Positions 51,468 to 61,661 of a stretch of 64,000 bases of DNA are shown in pieces. The first letter of the stretch is position 1. Every line of letters starts with the position of its first letter. A program made the translations under genes and the position numbers. The notes under the pieces were generated by a model that was given only the letters and a program-made list of their open reading frames with translations, was not told the origin of the DNA and did no database searches. The stretch is from an uncultured Erysipelotrichaceae bacterium (GTDB lineage Bacteria; Bacillota_I; Bacilli_A; RFN20; CAG-826), in contig CACXKR010000001.1 in the NCBI GenBank assembly GCA_902768335.1, positions 17,205 to 81,204 of the forward strand. The letters are read 5' to 3'.

Positions 51468-52675
51468 TGATCGCGCTAGATAAAAACAAAAGATATGTTG
51501 TTGCCTGTTCTTATGGTCCTGACTCCATGGCGCTTTTAGATATGCTTTTGAAAGAGCATTACGATGTGGTTGTCGCACATGTTAATTATCACAAGAGAGA
51601 CGTTTCTAATTTTGAAGAGCAATCATTAAGAAATTATTGCCAAGAACATAGTGTAAAAATAGAAGTTTTAGACACAAAAGAATTAAAGTGCACAGGCAAT
51701 TTCCAAAATTGGGCTAGAGAGATTAGATATTCGTTCTTTAAAGACGTATGCAAAAAGCATGATTGTGTTGCAGTTTTAGTGGCCCATCAACAAGACGATT
51801 TAATAGAAACATATTTGATGCAAAAGCAACGTGGTGGATATGTAAAAAAACCGGGAATTGCGGGTAAAACACGTATTTTTGATGTTGATATTATCCGTCC
51901 TCTATTAGGCTATTCTAAAGCCGATTTGTTAGCTTATGATAAAGAGAATAACGTTCCATTTTCAATTGATATTTCTAACTTATCTAATGTTTACGCTCGT
52001 AACAAAATAAGACATGAAATTGTTGAAAAAATGAGCAGAGAAGAACGACAAAAAATCATTGATGAGATTAGCGTTTTTGAAACTTCTGAAATTGATACCA
52101 GTAACGTGTATTCGCTCAAAGATTTCCTTATAAAAAGCAACAAAGAACTTGTATCGATTATCTCAGAATATATCCATAGTTTTGGTTACCATTTAAATTT
52201 GTCAGAATCTTTTATTAACGAAATTAGAAAAGCATTACTTTCGAAAAAATCATATATTGAAATTATGTTATGCAACGATCTTGTTTTAACTCGTGATCAA
52301 GACCTTGTTATTTTGTTGAACAAAAATCGCATTTTAAATTATTCAATAAAGATTGAAAACAAAGATAATGTTGTTGATAACGATTTGTTTTTAATTGATT
52401 TTTCGTTAGGTGCAGATGATAGGAATATCAATGAATCTGATTACCCATTAATAGTTAGACCTGTTGATAAAAATGATAAGTACTTAATCAAAGATTATTT
52501 TAAGGAAGTTCGTCGGTTGTTTATCGATTGGAAACTTCCCCATTATTTACGTCAGTCATGGCCAGGCATTTATAACAAAGAAGGTAAATTAATTTACATT
52601 CCTAGATATAGAGTAAAATTTGTCGATAATCATAAATCAAAGTTTGTCATTAAATTTGCAAATCCAAAATTGTGA
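51467..52675 (+). CDS. tilS: tRNA(Ile)-lysidine synthetase
   Basis: PP-loop SYGPDSMAL (SGGxDS variant). Confidence 0.85.
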   Translation: MIALDKNKRYVVACSYGPDSMALLDMLLKEHYDVVVAHVNYHKRDVSNFEEQSLRNYCQEHSVKIEVLDTKELKCTGNFQNWAREIRYSFFKDVCKKHDCVAVLVAHQQDDLIETYLMQKQRGGYVKKPGIAGKTRIFDVDIIRPLLGYSKADLLAYDKENNVPFSIDISNLSNVYARNKIRHEIVEKMSREERQKIIDEISVFETSEIDTSNVYSLKDFLIKSNKELVSIISEYIHSFGYHLNLSESFINEIRKALLSKKSYIEIMLCNDLVLTRDQDLVILLNKNRILNYSIKIENKDNVVDNDLFLIDFSLGADDRNINESDYPLIVRPVDKNDKYLIKDYFKEVRRLFIDWKLPHYLRQSWPGIYNKEGKLIYIPRYRVKFVDNHKSKFVIKFANPKL

Positions 52676-52768
52676 AACATAATGTTTTACAAAAGATTTA
52701 GTTTTGATATTATTTTAACAACACTATAATTTTGACTTAGTCATCATTTATAAGAAAAGAGGCCCTTT

Positions 52769-54784
52769 ATGAACGAAAACGAAAGACCAAGAAGGAGTAT
52801 ATTGAGTTTAATTCTTCCATATATTCTTTTAGCTGCAATTATTGCAGGCTTTGCTATTTTAATAACAAATATAAACTCTAAAAGAGTTACTAAAATTTAT
52901 GAAAACGAGATTCAGTTAAAACTCGCCGATACAAACGTTAGCACTGTCGAAGTTTACGATAAGGAAGTTGTAGTTGAAGTTAAATTTGCAGGTACAAAAG
53001 TGGATACTCAAGCAAACGTTGCTTATTCTGTTTCACTTTCTCCAAATATTTTCTATCACACTTTTACTGATGTGGATGGCAATGTCCATGAAGGTGGTTA
53101 TGAAGTTATTTTCCGTGACGAAATTAAAAATGATGGCCTCGCTGGTGCTCACCTTGAATATCACTATGCCTTTGAAGTGTCTTGGTGGGATGCTTGGGGA
53201 CCAACAATTATTACAGTTGGTGTCACTATCTTAATTGCTATCTTCTTATTCTCTCGTCTTTCTTCGTCCGTTAATGGCGCAAATAATAGAGCGCTTGATT
53301 TCAATAATTCACGTGCTAGAAGAGTTGATTCTAGCAAAGTTCGCTTTAGCGATGTCGCAGGTTGCGATGAAGAAAAAGCCGAGATGCAAGAAATCGTTCA
53401 ATATTTAAAAGAACCTCAAAAATTCTCTAAATACGGTGCTAAATTACCAAAAGGTATTCTTCTTGTTGGTAATCCAGGTACTGGTAAAACCTTATTAGCA
53501 AAAGCAGTTGCCGGAGAAGCAGGAGTTCCATTCTTCTCAATTTCCGGTTCTGATTTCGTTGAAATGTTCGTTGGTGTTGGTGCGGGTCGTGTCCGTGACA
53601 TGTTTAGGAAAGCTAAACAGGCTGCCCCATGTTTGATCTTTATCGATGAAATCGATGCTGTAGGTCGTCAAAGAGGCGCTGGCTTGGGCGGTGGAAACGA
53701 TGAACGTGAACAAACACTCAACCAATTACTTGTTGAAATGGATGGTTTCGAAGATAACTCCGGAATTATCGTCATTGCTGCAACTAACCGCGATGACGTT
53801 CTTGACCCAGCTTTACTTCGTGCCGGACGTTTTGATAGAACCATCACAGTTAACTTACCAGACAAAAAAGGCCGTGAAGCAATTTTCAAAGTACACGCTC
53901 GTGGAAAACTAATTGATCCAAAAGTTAGTTTTGAAAACCTTGCTAAACGCACCGTTGGTTTCTCTGGTGCAGATATTGAAAATATCTTAAACGAAGCCGC
54001 TATTCTTGCGGTTCGTAGAAATAAACCAATGATCACTATCGAAGATATTGATGAAGCTATCGATAGAAGAATTGCCGGACCTGCTAAATCTAGTAAAGGC
54101 TTGAACGCAAATGAACGCAAACAAATCGCATATCACGAAGCTGGACACGCTATCATTGGTCTTAAGCTTAAGAACTCTGATAAAGTTCAAAAGATTACAA
54201 TTATTCCGAGAGGCCGTACTGGTGGTCACGTTTTAATGACTCCAGAAGATGATAGATTCTTGCTTTCAAAATCTGAACTTGAAGCACGCATTGTTGGCTA
54301 CCTTGGTGGTCGCTCATCTGAAGAAATTTTCTTCAAGGATGTTTCTACAGGTGCATCTAACGATATTGAAGTCGCGACTAGAATCGCTAGATCTATGGTT
54401 ACCGAGTATGGTATGTCTTCACTTGGACCTATCCAATATGAAAGAGATACAGGTTCGGTCTTCCTTGGAAGAGATTACACTTCAACCCAAAAGAACTTCT
54501 CAACTCAAATAGCTTTTGAAATTGATACTGAAGTTCGTAAGATTATCGACGAAGCACATAAGACCGCTATTAAGATAATCACCGAAAATAAAGATGATGT
54601 AATTTTAATTGCGGAAACATTGCTTGAAAAAGAAACTATTACTGCAGAAGAAATCGATACTCTTTTAAAGAATAGAACTCTTAAACCTGCGGAAGTTTCT
54701 AAAGAAAAGGTAAAAGAAGTTAAAAAAGAAGATAAACCAGCTCCAAAGAAAGCTCCTGCTAGAAAAGCAGTTAAAAAAGAATAG
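52769..54784 (+). CDS. ftsH: ATP-dependent zinc metalloprotease FtsH
   Basis: AAA+ GPPGTGKT, SRH, and HEAGHA. Confidence 0.97.
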   Translation: MNENERPRRSILSLILPYILLAAIIAGFAILITNINSKRVTKIYENEIQLKLADTNVSTVEVYDKEVVVEVKFAGTKVDTQANVAYSVSLSPNIFYHTFTDVDGNVHEGGYEVIFRDEIKNDGLAGAHLEYHYAFEVSWWDAWGPTIITVGVTILIAIFLFSRLSSSVNGANNRALDFNNSRARRVDSSKVRFSDVAGCDEEKAEMQEIVQYLKEPQKFSKYGAKLPKGILLVGNPGTGKTLLAKAVAGEAGVPFFSISGSDFVEMFVGVGAGRVRDMFRKAKQAAPCLIFIDEIDAVGRQRGAGLGGGNDEREQTLNQLLVEMDGFEDNSGIIVIAATNRDDVLDPALLRAGRFDRTITVNLPDKKGREAIFKVHARGKLIDPKVSFENLAKRTVGFSGADIENILNEAAILAVRRNKPMITIEDIDEAIDRRIAGPAKSSKGLNANERKQIAYHEAGHAIIGLKLKNSDKVQKITIIPRGRTGGHVLMTPEDDRFLLSKSELEARIVGYLGGRSSEEIFFKDVSTGASNDIEVATRIARSMVTEYGMSSLGPIQYERDTGSVFLGRDYTSTQKNFSTQIAFEIDTEVRKIIDEAHKTAIKIITENKDDVILIAETLLEKETITAEEIDTLLKNRTLKPAEVSKEKVKEVKKEDKPAPKKAPARKAVKKE

Positions 54785-54796
54785 TTAAATAGGGGA

Positions 54797-55786
54797 GTGA
54801 TGTCTCCCCTTTCATTTATGTTTAAGATTGGAAATATTGAAATTGAAGGAAAAGTGATTCTTGCGCCAATGGCAGGAGTCACTTCTTTAGCGTATCGAGA
54901 TTTCATGAAACCGTTTGGTGTTGCTTTAACTGTCACCGAAATGGTCTCTGATTGTGGGCTAATCTATGAAAACAAAAAGACTCTTGATTACATTAAAACT
55001 AGCAACATCGAAAGACCTGTTGCAATCCAACTTTTTGGTAATGATGCGGAAACGATAATTAAGGCAATGAAAATAGTTGAAAAAGAGAATCAAAATTTCG
55101 ATATTTTTGATATAAATTTAGGCTGTCCAGTCCCAAAAGTTACAAAAGCTGGCTCTGGTTCTGTTTTATTAAAAAATCCCGCAAAACTTCAGGATATGTT
55201 TACTAAAATATGCACTTCAACTAGCAAACCTGTAACTGCAAAAATCCGTCTTGGATGGTCTGATGAAACCATCAATTTTTTAGACAATATCAAAGCATTA
55301 GAAAATGCTGGTGTTAAAGCCATAGGAATACATGCTAGAACTACCGCTCAACTATATTCCGGAAAACCTCGTTATGAGTTATTAAATGATTTAAGAAAAA
55401 AGATGTCTATTCCATTATTTGTCAGTGGAGATATCTATTCTCTTGATGATGCAATTAATGCCTTAAACATCACTGGAGCAGACGCTGTTATGGTCGCTCG
55501 TGGTGGTGTTGGTAATCCTACACTCGTAAAACAAATTGATCATTTCTATAAAACTGGAGAAAGATTACCTAACGCTTCACTTGTTGAAAATATCGAATAT
55601 CTAAAACAATTTACCGATATGCTCATCAATGAAAAAGGTGAATATCGAGCGATGAGCTTGTTAAGAGGCATATCCCCAAAATTTCTTGATGGATTTCCTG
55701 GAATGAAACCATACAAAAATATGCTTGCTCAGTCACTTACGACCAAGGAATCTTTGCATAGAATTTTAGATCAAATCAACAAATAA
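54797..55786 (+). CDS. dusB: tRNA-dihydrouridine synthase
   Basis: LAPMAGVT...NLGCP. The start is uncertain between GTG 54797, ATG 54800 and ATG 54818. Confidence 0.85.
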   Translation: MMSPLSFMFKIGNIEIEGKVILAPMAGVTSLAYRDFMKPFGVALTVTEMVSDCGLIYENKKTLDYIKTSNIERPVAIQLFGNDAETIIKAMKIVEKENQNFDIFDINLGCPVPKVTKAGSGSVLLKNPAKLQDMFTKICTSTSKPVTAKIRLGWSDETINFLDNIKALENAGVKAIGIHARTTAQLYSGKPRYELLNDLRKKMSIPLFVSGDIYSLDDAINALNITGADAVMVARGGVGNPTLVKQIDHFYKTGERLPNASLVENIEYLKQFTDMLINEKGEYRAMSLLRGISPKFLDGFPGMKPYKNMLAQSLTTKESLHRILDQINK

Positions 55787-55906
55787 TTTTGCTCTCAATA
55801 TTAAATATTGATCACTTCATACGATAATTTATATAGATTGATTCATAAACAACGCATTATTGTATAATGGTCTTTTTTATAGTAAACTCTAACCGAGGTT
55901 TTTAAT

Positions 55907-57397
55907 ATGGAACAAAAGTTAACAGATCAAGAGAGGGCAAGAAGAGATAAACTCCCTCGATATGAAGAATTAGGAATTGATCCCTATGGACATAAATTTG
56001 AACGTAGTGATTTAATCCAAGATGTTCGCAAAAAATGCGAAGGAAAAACTAATGAAGAATTAGAAGCAAAACCAGTCTATGTAACCGTTGCTGGAAGAAT
56101 CATGGCGTTACGTAAGATGGGTAAAGCTTCGTTCATGAATATCAAAGATGTTTCTGGACGTATCCAATGTTATGTCGGTATCGATGTCGTTGGCGAAGAA
56201 GCATATAACGTTTTTAAATTAGCAGATATTGGTGATATCGTCGGTGTTTATGGCCGAGTTATGCTCACTAGAACAGGCGAACTAACAATTCGAGTTGAGA
56301 AATATACTCATTTAACAAAATCGCTTAGACCACTTCCTGAAAAATTCCATGGTTTAACTGATGTTGAAGAAAGATATCGTCATCGTTATGTGGATTTAAT
56401 CATGAATGATGAATCGATGAAGATTGCACAGGCAAGACCAAAGGTCATTCGTGCCATTCAACATTATTGTGATAGTTTAGGGTTCACCGAAGTTGAGACT
56501 TCTATTCTCTCACCAATCCTTGGTGGAGCATCCGCTCGTCCTTTCATTACCCATCATAACGCTCTTAATAAAGATTTTTATTTAAGAATTGCAACTGAAA
56601 TTAATTTAAAGAAGTGCATCGTTGGTGGAATGGAAAAGGTTTATGAAATCGGTCGTCTTTTCCGTAATGAAGGAATGGACACTAAACATAATCCGGAATT
56701 CACTACAATTGAGTTATATCAAGCATACGGTGATCTCCAAGACATGAGACACTTCTGCGAAAATCTCTTTAGAGAAGTTGCATTAAAAGTTGTTGGTTCA
56801 ACCACAATTCCATATGGAGATAAAACTTTAGATTTAGGAAAACCTTTTGGATGGAAATCGATGGTAGAAGTTGTTAAAGAAGCAACTGGTGTTGATTTCT
56901 CTAAGGATGTTTCCTTCGAAGAAGCCGTTAAACTCGCTAAAGAGCATGGAGTCAAACTTGAAAAACATTACACTTCTGTTGGCCATATCATCAATGCGTT
57001 CTTTGATGAGAAGTGCGACCCATATTTACAAGAACCAACATTTGTCTATCGTTATCCAATCGAAGTTTCTCCATTAACGAAGAAATATAAAGATGATCCA
57101 AGATTCACCGAAAGATTTGAATTATTTATCGGTGGAGTTGAATATGGTAACGCTTATACCGAACTTAACGATCCAATCGATCAAAAAGAAAGATTTGAAA
57201 AACAACTCGAAGCTAAAAAACTTGGTGATGAAGAAGCTTCGGAAATGGACGAAGATTTCCTTGAAGCTCTCGAATACGGTATGCCACCTTGTGGTGGAAT
57301 CGGTATCGGCATCGACCGCTTAGTGATGCTTATGACAAATCAACAATCGGTTAGAGAAGTTATTCTCTTCCCTTGTATGAGAGATCAAAACAAATAA
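55907..57397 (+). CDS. lysS: lysyl-tRNA synthetase (class II)
   Basis: OB-fold N-term and class II motifs. An extended -10 TGTATAAT lies upstream. Confidence 0.97.
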   Translation: MEQKLTDQERARRDKLPRYEELGIDPYGHKFERSDLIQDVRKKCEGKTNEELEAKPVYVTVAGRIMALRKMGKASFMNIKDVSGRIQCYVGIDVVGEEAYNVFKLADIGDIVGVYGRVMLTRTGELTIRVEKYTHLTKSLRPLPEKFHGLTDVEERYRHRYVDLIMNDESMKIAQARPKVIRAIQHYCDSLGFTEVETSILSPILGGASARPFITHHNALNKDFYLRIATEINLKKCIVGGMEKVYEIGRLFRNEGMDTKHNPEFTTIELYQAYGDLQDMRHFCENLFREVALKVVGSTTIPYGDKTLDLGKPFGWKSMVEVVKEATGVDFSKDVSFEEAVKLAKEHGVKLEKHYTSVGHIINAFFDEKCDPYLQEPTFVYRYPIEVSPLTKKYKDDPRFTERFELFIGGVEYGNAYTELNDPIDQKERFEKQLEAKKLGDEEASEMDEDFLEALEYGMPPCGGIGIGIDRLVMLMTNQQSVREVILFPCMRDQNK

Positions 57398-57412
57398 CAA
57401 TTTGAGAAAGTT

Positions 57413-57925
57413 ATGGATGGCGAATTTAATAATTTAAATATTAATAATGCAAACATAACTTTTTCAGTTGCGACCAACAATATTGCCACAAGTGATGAAT
57501 TAAATGTAGACCCAATCTATCAAAGACAGATGGGAACCAATTATTCAAAAGGTAAAAAAGTTGGTCGAGCAATAACAATCGTTGGTATTTCCCTTGCATT
57601 CACGGCAACCGCAATCGCTGGTGGAAGTGTGCTCAGCAATATTTTTGTGCCAAATCCCCCGACTGTGAGCAATGCGCTAATTAATGTTGAGGGTGAAACA
57701 CTAACATATTCATTCACTTTAAAAAATGTTCAGAAATATAAAACAGTTTTCAACCTGGACATCAATGGTGAAAACGTAATCAAAGAAGAGATTGTTGAAA
57801 GTAATGATTATAAAGGAGAATATTCTCCTGTCGTCAGTGGAGATAGATGCAAAGCTTATATCGTATTCACTAACTCGTTAGATTATTACAAGACAATTTA
57901 CACGAACGAATTTATTGCAAAATAA
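57413..57925 (+). CDS. hypothetical single-pass membrane protein
   Basis: One transmembrane helix (AITIVGISLAFTATAIAGGSV). Its stop is 13 nt before the mscS start. No recognisable domain. Confidence 0.4.
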   Translation: MDGEFNNLNINNANITFSVATNNIATSDELNVDPIYQRQMGTNYSKGKKVGRAITIVGISLAFTATAIAGGSVLSNIFVPNPPTVSNALINVEGETLTYSFTLKNVQKYKTVFNLDINGENVIKEEIVESNDYKGEYSPVVSGDRCKAYIVFTNSLDYYKTIYTNEFIAK

Positions 57926-57938
57926 AGGAGAATTAACT

Positions 57939-59069
57939 ATGGAAGAAAAGAGAAAAAACTGGTGGACTAGAAAATCATTTTCTGGCAAGGTTGGCTTCAT
58001 TATCGCCGCAATTCTCGCAGTTTTATCCATTTTTGCATTTGTTGTAGCAATGGATTTAAGAACCTATTTACCAAAAGAAATTTGTGACTTAGTTTATGGT
58101 GAAAATGTTCCTAATGGTTGGGTTAGAATGGGCATCGCAATGGCTAATAATGTCAGCGCATGGATCTTAACCGCGATCATCATTTTCTTAACCTTCTTAG
58201 TCATTTTTGTTTCTGGCTTTATTACTCACTTATTTGATAACGGTTCTAGAAAAGCAAAAACTATTTCTTCTTTAGTTCGCTCTTTGGTCAAATATATCGC
58301 TATCATTGCTGCTATCGCTTTTGTTTTAGTGGCGTGGGGCGTCGATGTTGCCGGTATTGTCGCTGGCGTTGGTGTCATCACTTTAATTGTTGGTTTAGGA
58401 TGTCAATCACTTATCCAAGACGTTGTTTCAGGTTTATTTATTGTCTTTGATGATTATTTTGCCTCTGGCGATATGGTTATTATCGACGGTTTTAGAGGAA
58501 AGGTTGTTGAGGTCGGTTTAAAGACAACTAAATTAGAAGATTTTGGCGGGAACATTAAATCAATTACGAATAGTTCGATTACAACAGTTGTTAATATGTC
58601 TAGGCTTCGTAGTGTTTGCCCAATTACTTTATCTATTTCATATAATGAAGATGTCGAAAGGGTTGAAGCACTTATTGTTAAAGAATGCGAAAAACTTCCC
58701 GCAAAGATTCCTAACATTGTTGATGGTCCTTATTACAAAGGCATTGATAGTATCGGACAAAGCTCAATTAATTTATTAGTTCTTGCGTTCGCCTCTGAAG
58801 ATAACAGATTCCAAGTCACACGTGATTTAAACCGTGAATTCTATTTATTGTTTAAGCGACACGATGTACAAATTCCATATCAACAAATTACAATCAATCC
58901 ACAAGACGAAAAAGAACGCAAAAAAGCTTCTGAAGAACAAAGCGAAGTCTCTAAGAAAACACAAAATCTCTTACGTGGTATAGAGGGCAAACAACCTCGT
59001 AAAAAACGTTCGGTCTCATCCATGGTTAGAGAGTCACTTGACAAGACAAGGCGCGACATGGAAGATTAA
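57939..59069 (+). CDS. MscS-family small-conductance mechanosensitive channel
   Basis: MscS TM3 and beta domain (GLGCQSLIQDVVSGLFIVFDDYFASGDMVIIDGFRGKVVEVGLKTTKL). Start ATG 57939 with SD AGGAG, whereas the track ORF starts 8 codons earlier. Confidence 0.8.
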   Translation: MEEKRKNWWTRKSFSGKVGFIIAAILAVLSIFAFVVAMDLRTYLPKEICDLVYGENVPNGWVRMGIAMANNVSAWILTAIIIFLTFLVIFVSGFITHLFDNGSRKAKTISSLVRSLVKYIAIIAAIAFVLVAWGVDVAGIVAGVGVITLIVGLGCQSLIQDVVSGLFIVFDDYFASGDMVIIDGFRGKVVEVGLKTTKLEDFGGNIKSITNSSITTVVNMSRLRSVCPITLSISYNEDVERVEALIVKECEKLPAKIPNIVDGPYYKGIDSIGQSSINLLVLAFASEDNRFQVTRDLNREFYLLFKRHDVQIPYQQITINPQDEKERKKASEEQSEVSKKTQNLLRGIEGKQPRKKRSVSSMVRESLDKTRRDMED

Positions 59070-59082
59070 TTCAAATTTACAT

Positions 59083-59106
59083 GGCACCTATGGTGCCTTT
59101 TATTTT
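59083..59106 (+). terminator. rho-independent terminator after mscS
   Basis: GGCACC-tat-GGTGCC followed by ttttatttt. Confidence 0.6.
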
Positions 59107-59154
59107 CCTCTCAAAAATATCGTGCATGTAAATAAAAGTTAACATCATTTTTTG

Positions 59155-59183
59155 TTGACATATGCAGGTTCTTTATTTATATT
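59155..59183 (+). promoter_or_regulatory. sigma-70-type promoter of the HTH-glmM gene
   Basis: -35 TTGACA, 17-nt spacer, -10 TATATT, then SD AGGAG. Confidence 0.5.
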
Positions 59184-59211
59184 TGTTGCTACCTAAAAAA
59201 GGAGACTAATT

Positions 59212-60849
59212 ATGACTATTGGTGAGAAAATCACACATTTAAGAATAGCCAATGGTGTTTCGCAAGAAAAGCTTGCCACTATGCTTAATGTGTCACGTCA
59301 GTCTATTTCAAAATGGGAAAGTGATGAATCGCTTCCTCAAATTGATAAGATTGTTGAATTTTGTAGTTTGTTTAAAATTTCCACAGATGAGTTACTTCAC
59401 GACAGCGTCGTTATTCATCGTGGAAAGAATTTGGTGCCTAGCATTGGAGAAGATGTTAAAACCAAATATTTTGGTACAGATGGTTTTAGGGGAGAAGTTA
59501 ATAAGACTTTAACCGCTGATCACGCTTATAAGATTGGTAGATTCCTTGGTTGGTTCTTTTCTAATCCAAAATATTCTCTTCAAAAACCAGGTTATAGACC
59601 AAAAGTTGTTGTTGGTAAAGACACCAGAAGATCAAGTTACATGCTTGAATACGCTGTTGCAGCTGGATTAGCAGCAAGCGGTGCTGATGTTTATTTGCTT
59701 CACGTTACAACTACTCCAAGCGTCTCATATATCACAAGAATGGATGCTTTTGATTGCGGAATTATGATTACCGCATCACATAACCCTTTCTATGATAATG
59801 GAATTAAAGTTATTAATTATAATGGTGAAAAACTCGAAGATTCTGTTGCTGTTTTAATCGAAGCTTATATCGATGGTGATTTAAAGAAACTTGGTGTTGA
59901 AGGAGATGATTTACCATTTGCTTCTAGAGATAACATCGGCGTTGTTGTTGATTATTCCAGTGGAAGAAATAGATACATCGCTTATCTAATTTCATTAGTT
60001 CAACACTCATTAAAAGATTTCAAGATCGGTTTAGACTGCGCGAATGGTGCATCATGGATGATTGCAAAATCAGTGTTTGACGCTTTAGGTGCACAAACAT
60101 ATGTTGTAAATAACACTCCAAATGGCCTAAATATAAATTTAGATGCTGGATCAACTCACATTGAGAAGTTCTGCAAATATGTTAAAGACAATAAACTTGA
60201 TTTCGGTTTTGCTTTCGATGGCGATACCGACCGTTGCATTGCTGTTGATGAAAACGGCAAAGAAGTGGATGGCGACAAAATCATGTATATGCTCGCTAAT
60301 AAATTAAAATCAGAAAATTCACTTGAAGGAAATACAGTTGTTGCAACCATCATGTCTAATTCTGGTTTAGAAAAAGCTCTAAAAGGAATTGGCTGCAATC
60401 TCGTTAGAACAAAAGTTGGTGATAGATTCGTTTACGAAAGAATGCAAAAGGATAATTTCTCTTTAGGTGGTGAGCAATCCGGTCACATCATCATTAAGAA
60501 ATATGCGACAACAGGAGATGGCATTTTAACTGCTTTAATGGTGACTGAAGAAGTTGTCGCACGTAAGACAACTCTTTCTAAACTTGTTGCACCAGTTAAG
60601 CTATTACCACAAAAGACTGTCAATGTCCGCGTTACAAATAAAGCCGATACTTTAGACGATGCTCAAGTTCGCGCTAAATACGATGAATGCAACAAAGAGA
60701 TTGGTGATAATGGCAGAGTCCTATTAAGACAATCCGGTACCGAACCTGTCGTTCGTATTATGGCGGAATGTGCGACATTAGAAGAATGCGATAAATACAT
60801 CAAAAAGATTTATGATGTCATCAAGAAAAGAGGATACGTTTGTGAATAA
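59212..60849 (+). CDS. glmM: phosphoglucosamine mutase with N-terminal Cro/C1 (XRE) HTH domain fused in frame
   Basis: Residues 1-65 (MTIGEKITHLRIANGVSQEKLATMLNVSRQSISKWESDESLPQIDKIVEFCSLFKISTDELL) are a canonical HTH_3. From about residue 84 it is GlmM (YFGTDGFRG, TASHNPFYDNGIKV, FDGDTDR, GEQSGH). Confidence 0.85.
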   Translation: MTIGEKITHLRIANGVSQEKLATMLNVSRQSISKWESDESLPQIDKIVEFCSLFKISTDELLHDSVVIHRGKNLVPSIGEDVKTKYFGTDGFRGEVNKTLTADHAYKIGRFLGWFFSNPKYSLQKPGYRPKVVVGKDTRRSSYMLEYAVAAGLAASGADVYLLHVTTTPSVSYITRMDAFDCGIMITASHNPFYDNGIKVINYNGEKLEDSVAVLIEAYIDGDLKKLGVEGDDLPFASRDNIGVVVDYSSGRNRYIAYLISLVQHSLKDFKIGLDCANGASWMIAKSVFDALGAQTYVVNNTPNGLNINLDAGSTHIEKFCKYVKDNKLDFGFAFDGDTDRCIAVDENGKEVDGDKIMYMLANKLKSENSLEGNTVVATIMSNSGLEKALKGIGCNLVRTKVGDRFVYERMQKDNFSLGGEQSGHIIIKKYATTGDGILTALMVTEEVVARKTTLSKLVAPVKLLPQKTVNVRVTNKADTLDDAQVRAKYDECNKEIGDNGRVLLRQSGTEPVVRIMAECATLEECDKYIKKIYDVIKKRGYVCE

Positions 60850-61507
60850 GCTCAACATCAAAACGAAAGAATTATTTGAAAACGTTCCCAGCTACTTAAA
60901 GCCATATTTTGACGAAGCACAATATCCTTGGGAAATTTTGCCAAAAATCAAAGAAATCACCGCAAAACTCCTACAGACAGGTCTTGAAGGTTATACTCTT
61001 TTGGAAGAAGGAGTGCTTGTTGGTAAAGATGTTAAAATCGCTAAAACAGCGACAATTATTCCACCAGCAATCATCGGTAACGGAACTGAGATTAGACCAG
61101 GGGCGTTTATCCGTGGAAATGTTATTGTTGGCGATAATTGCGTCCTCGGCAATTCATCCGAATTCAAAAATTGTGTTTTACTCGAAAAGGTTCAATGCCC
61201 ACATTATAACTACATTGGGGATTCAATCTTAGGTTATCATGCTCATACTGGTGCGGGAACTGTGTGCTCAAACCTTAAGAGCGATGGCAAAAACATTGTT
61301 ATCCACGGCGACAAAGAATATGAAACTGGTTTAAGAAAAATCGGAGCATTTGTTGGTGATTATGGTGACTGCGGTTGTAACGCAGTGCTTAACCCAGGAA
61401 CGATCATTGGAAAGCACACTCAAGTTTATCCTTTAACTAGAGCGAGAGGCGTTTATCCTGAAAATAGTATTGTCAAAGACACGAAAGTCTTTGTTGATAA
61501 ATATTAA
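60842..61507 (+). CDS. hexapeptide-repeat (left-handed beta-helix) acyltransferase resembling the GlmU C-terminal acetyltransferase domain
   Basis: NYIGDSILGYHAHTGAGTVCSNLKSDGKNIV resembles the GlmU acetyltransferase domain. The likely start is GTG 60842 with SD AGAGGA 7 nt upstream. The track ORF starts at ATG 60812, inside the glmM 3' end. Confidence 0.55.
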   Translation: MNKLNIKTKELFENVPSYLKPYFDEAQYPWEILPKIKEITAKLLQTGLEGYTLLEEGVLVGKDVKIAKTATIIPPAIIGNGTEIRPGAFIRGNVIVGDNCVLGNSSEFKNCVLLEKVQCPHYNYIGDSILGYHAHTGAGTVCSNLKSDGKNIVIHGDKEYETGLRKIGAFVGDYGDCGCNAVLNPGTIIGKHTQVYPLTRARGVYPENSIVKDTKVFVDKY

Positions 61508-61521
61508 AAAATACCAAAAGG

Positions 61522-61556
61522 AAGAGATGGTCTTGTTACCATCTTTTTCTTTTTTG
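61522..61556 (+). terminator. rho-independent terminator
   Basis: AAGAGATGGT-cttgtt-ACCATCTTTT followed by a T-run. Confidence 0.6.
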
Positions 61557-61559
61557 TCT

Positions 61560-61588
61560 TTGCGTCACGCATTACCTAATGTATAATA
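61560..61588 (+). promoter_or_regulatory. promoter of rpsF-ssb-rpsR operon
   Basis: -35 TTGCGT, 17-nt spacer, extended -10 TGTTATAAT. Confidence 0.55.
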
Positions 61589-61661
61589 CATACACGCATT
61601 AAATTGCGTTTCTCTCTGCTAATAGAGAATATTAGCCAGAAGACCAAAGGGAGGTGCCTAT

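Noticed and set aside
53668-54120. 150-aa minus-strand ORF
   Set aside because: It is antisense within ftsH.
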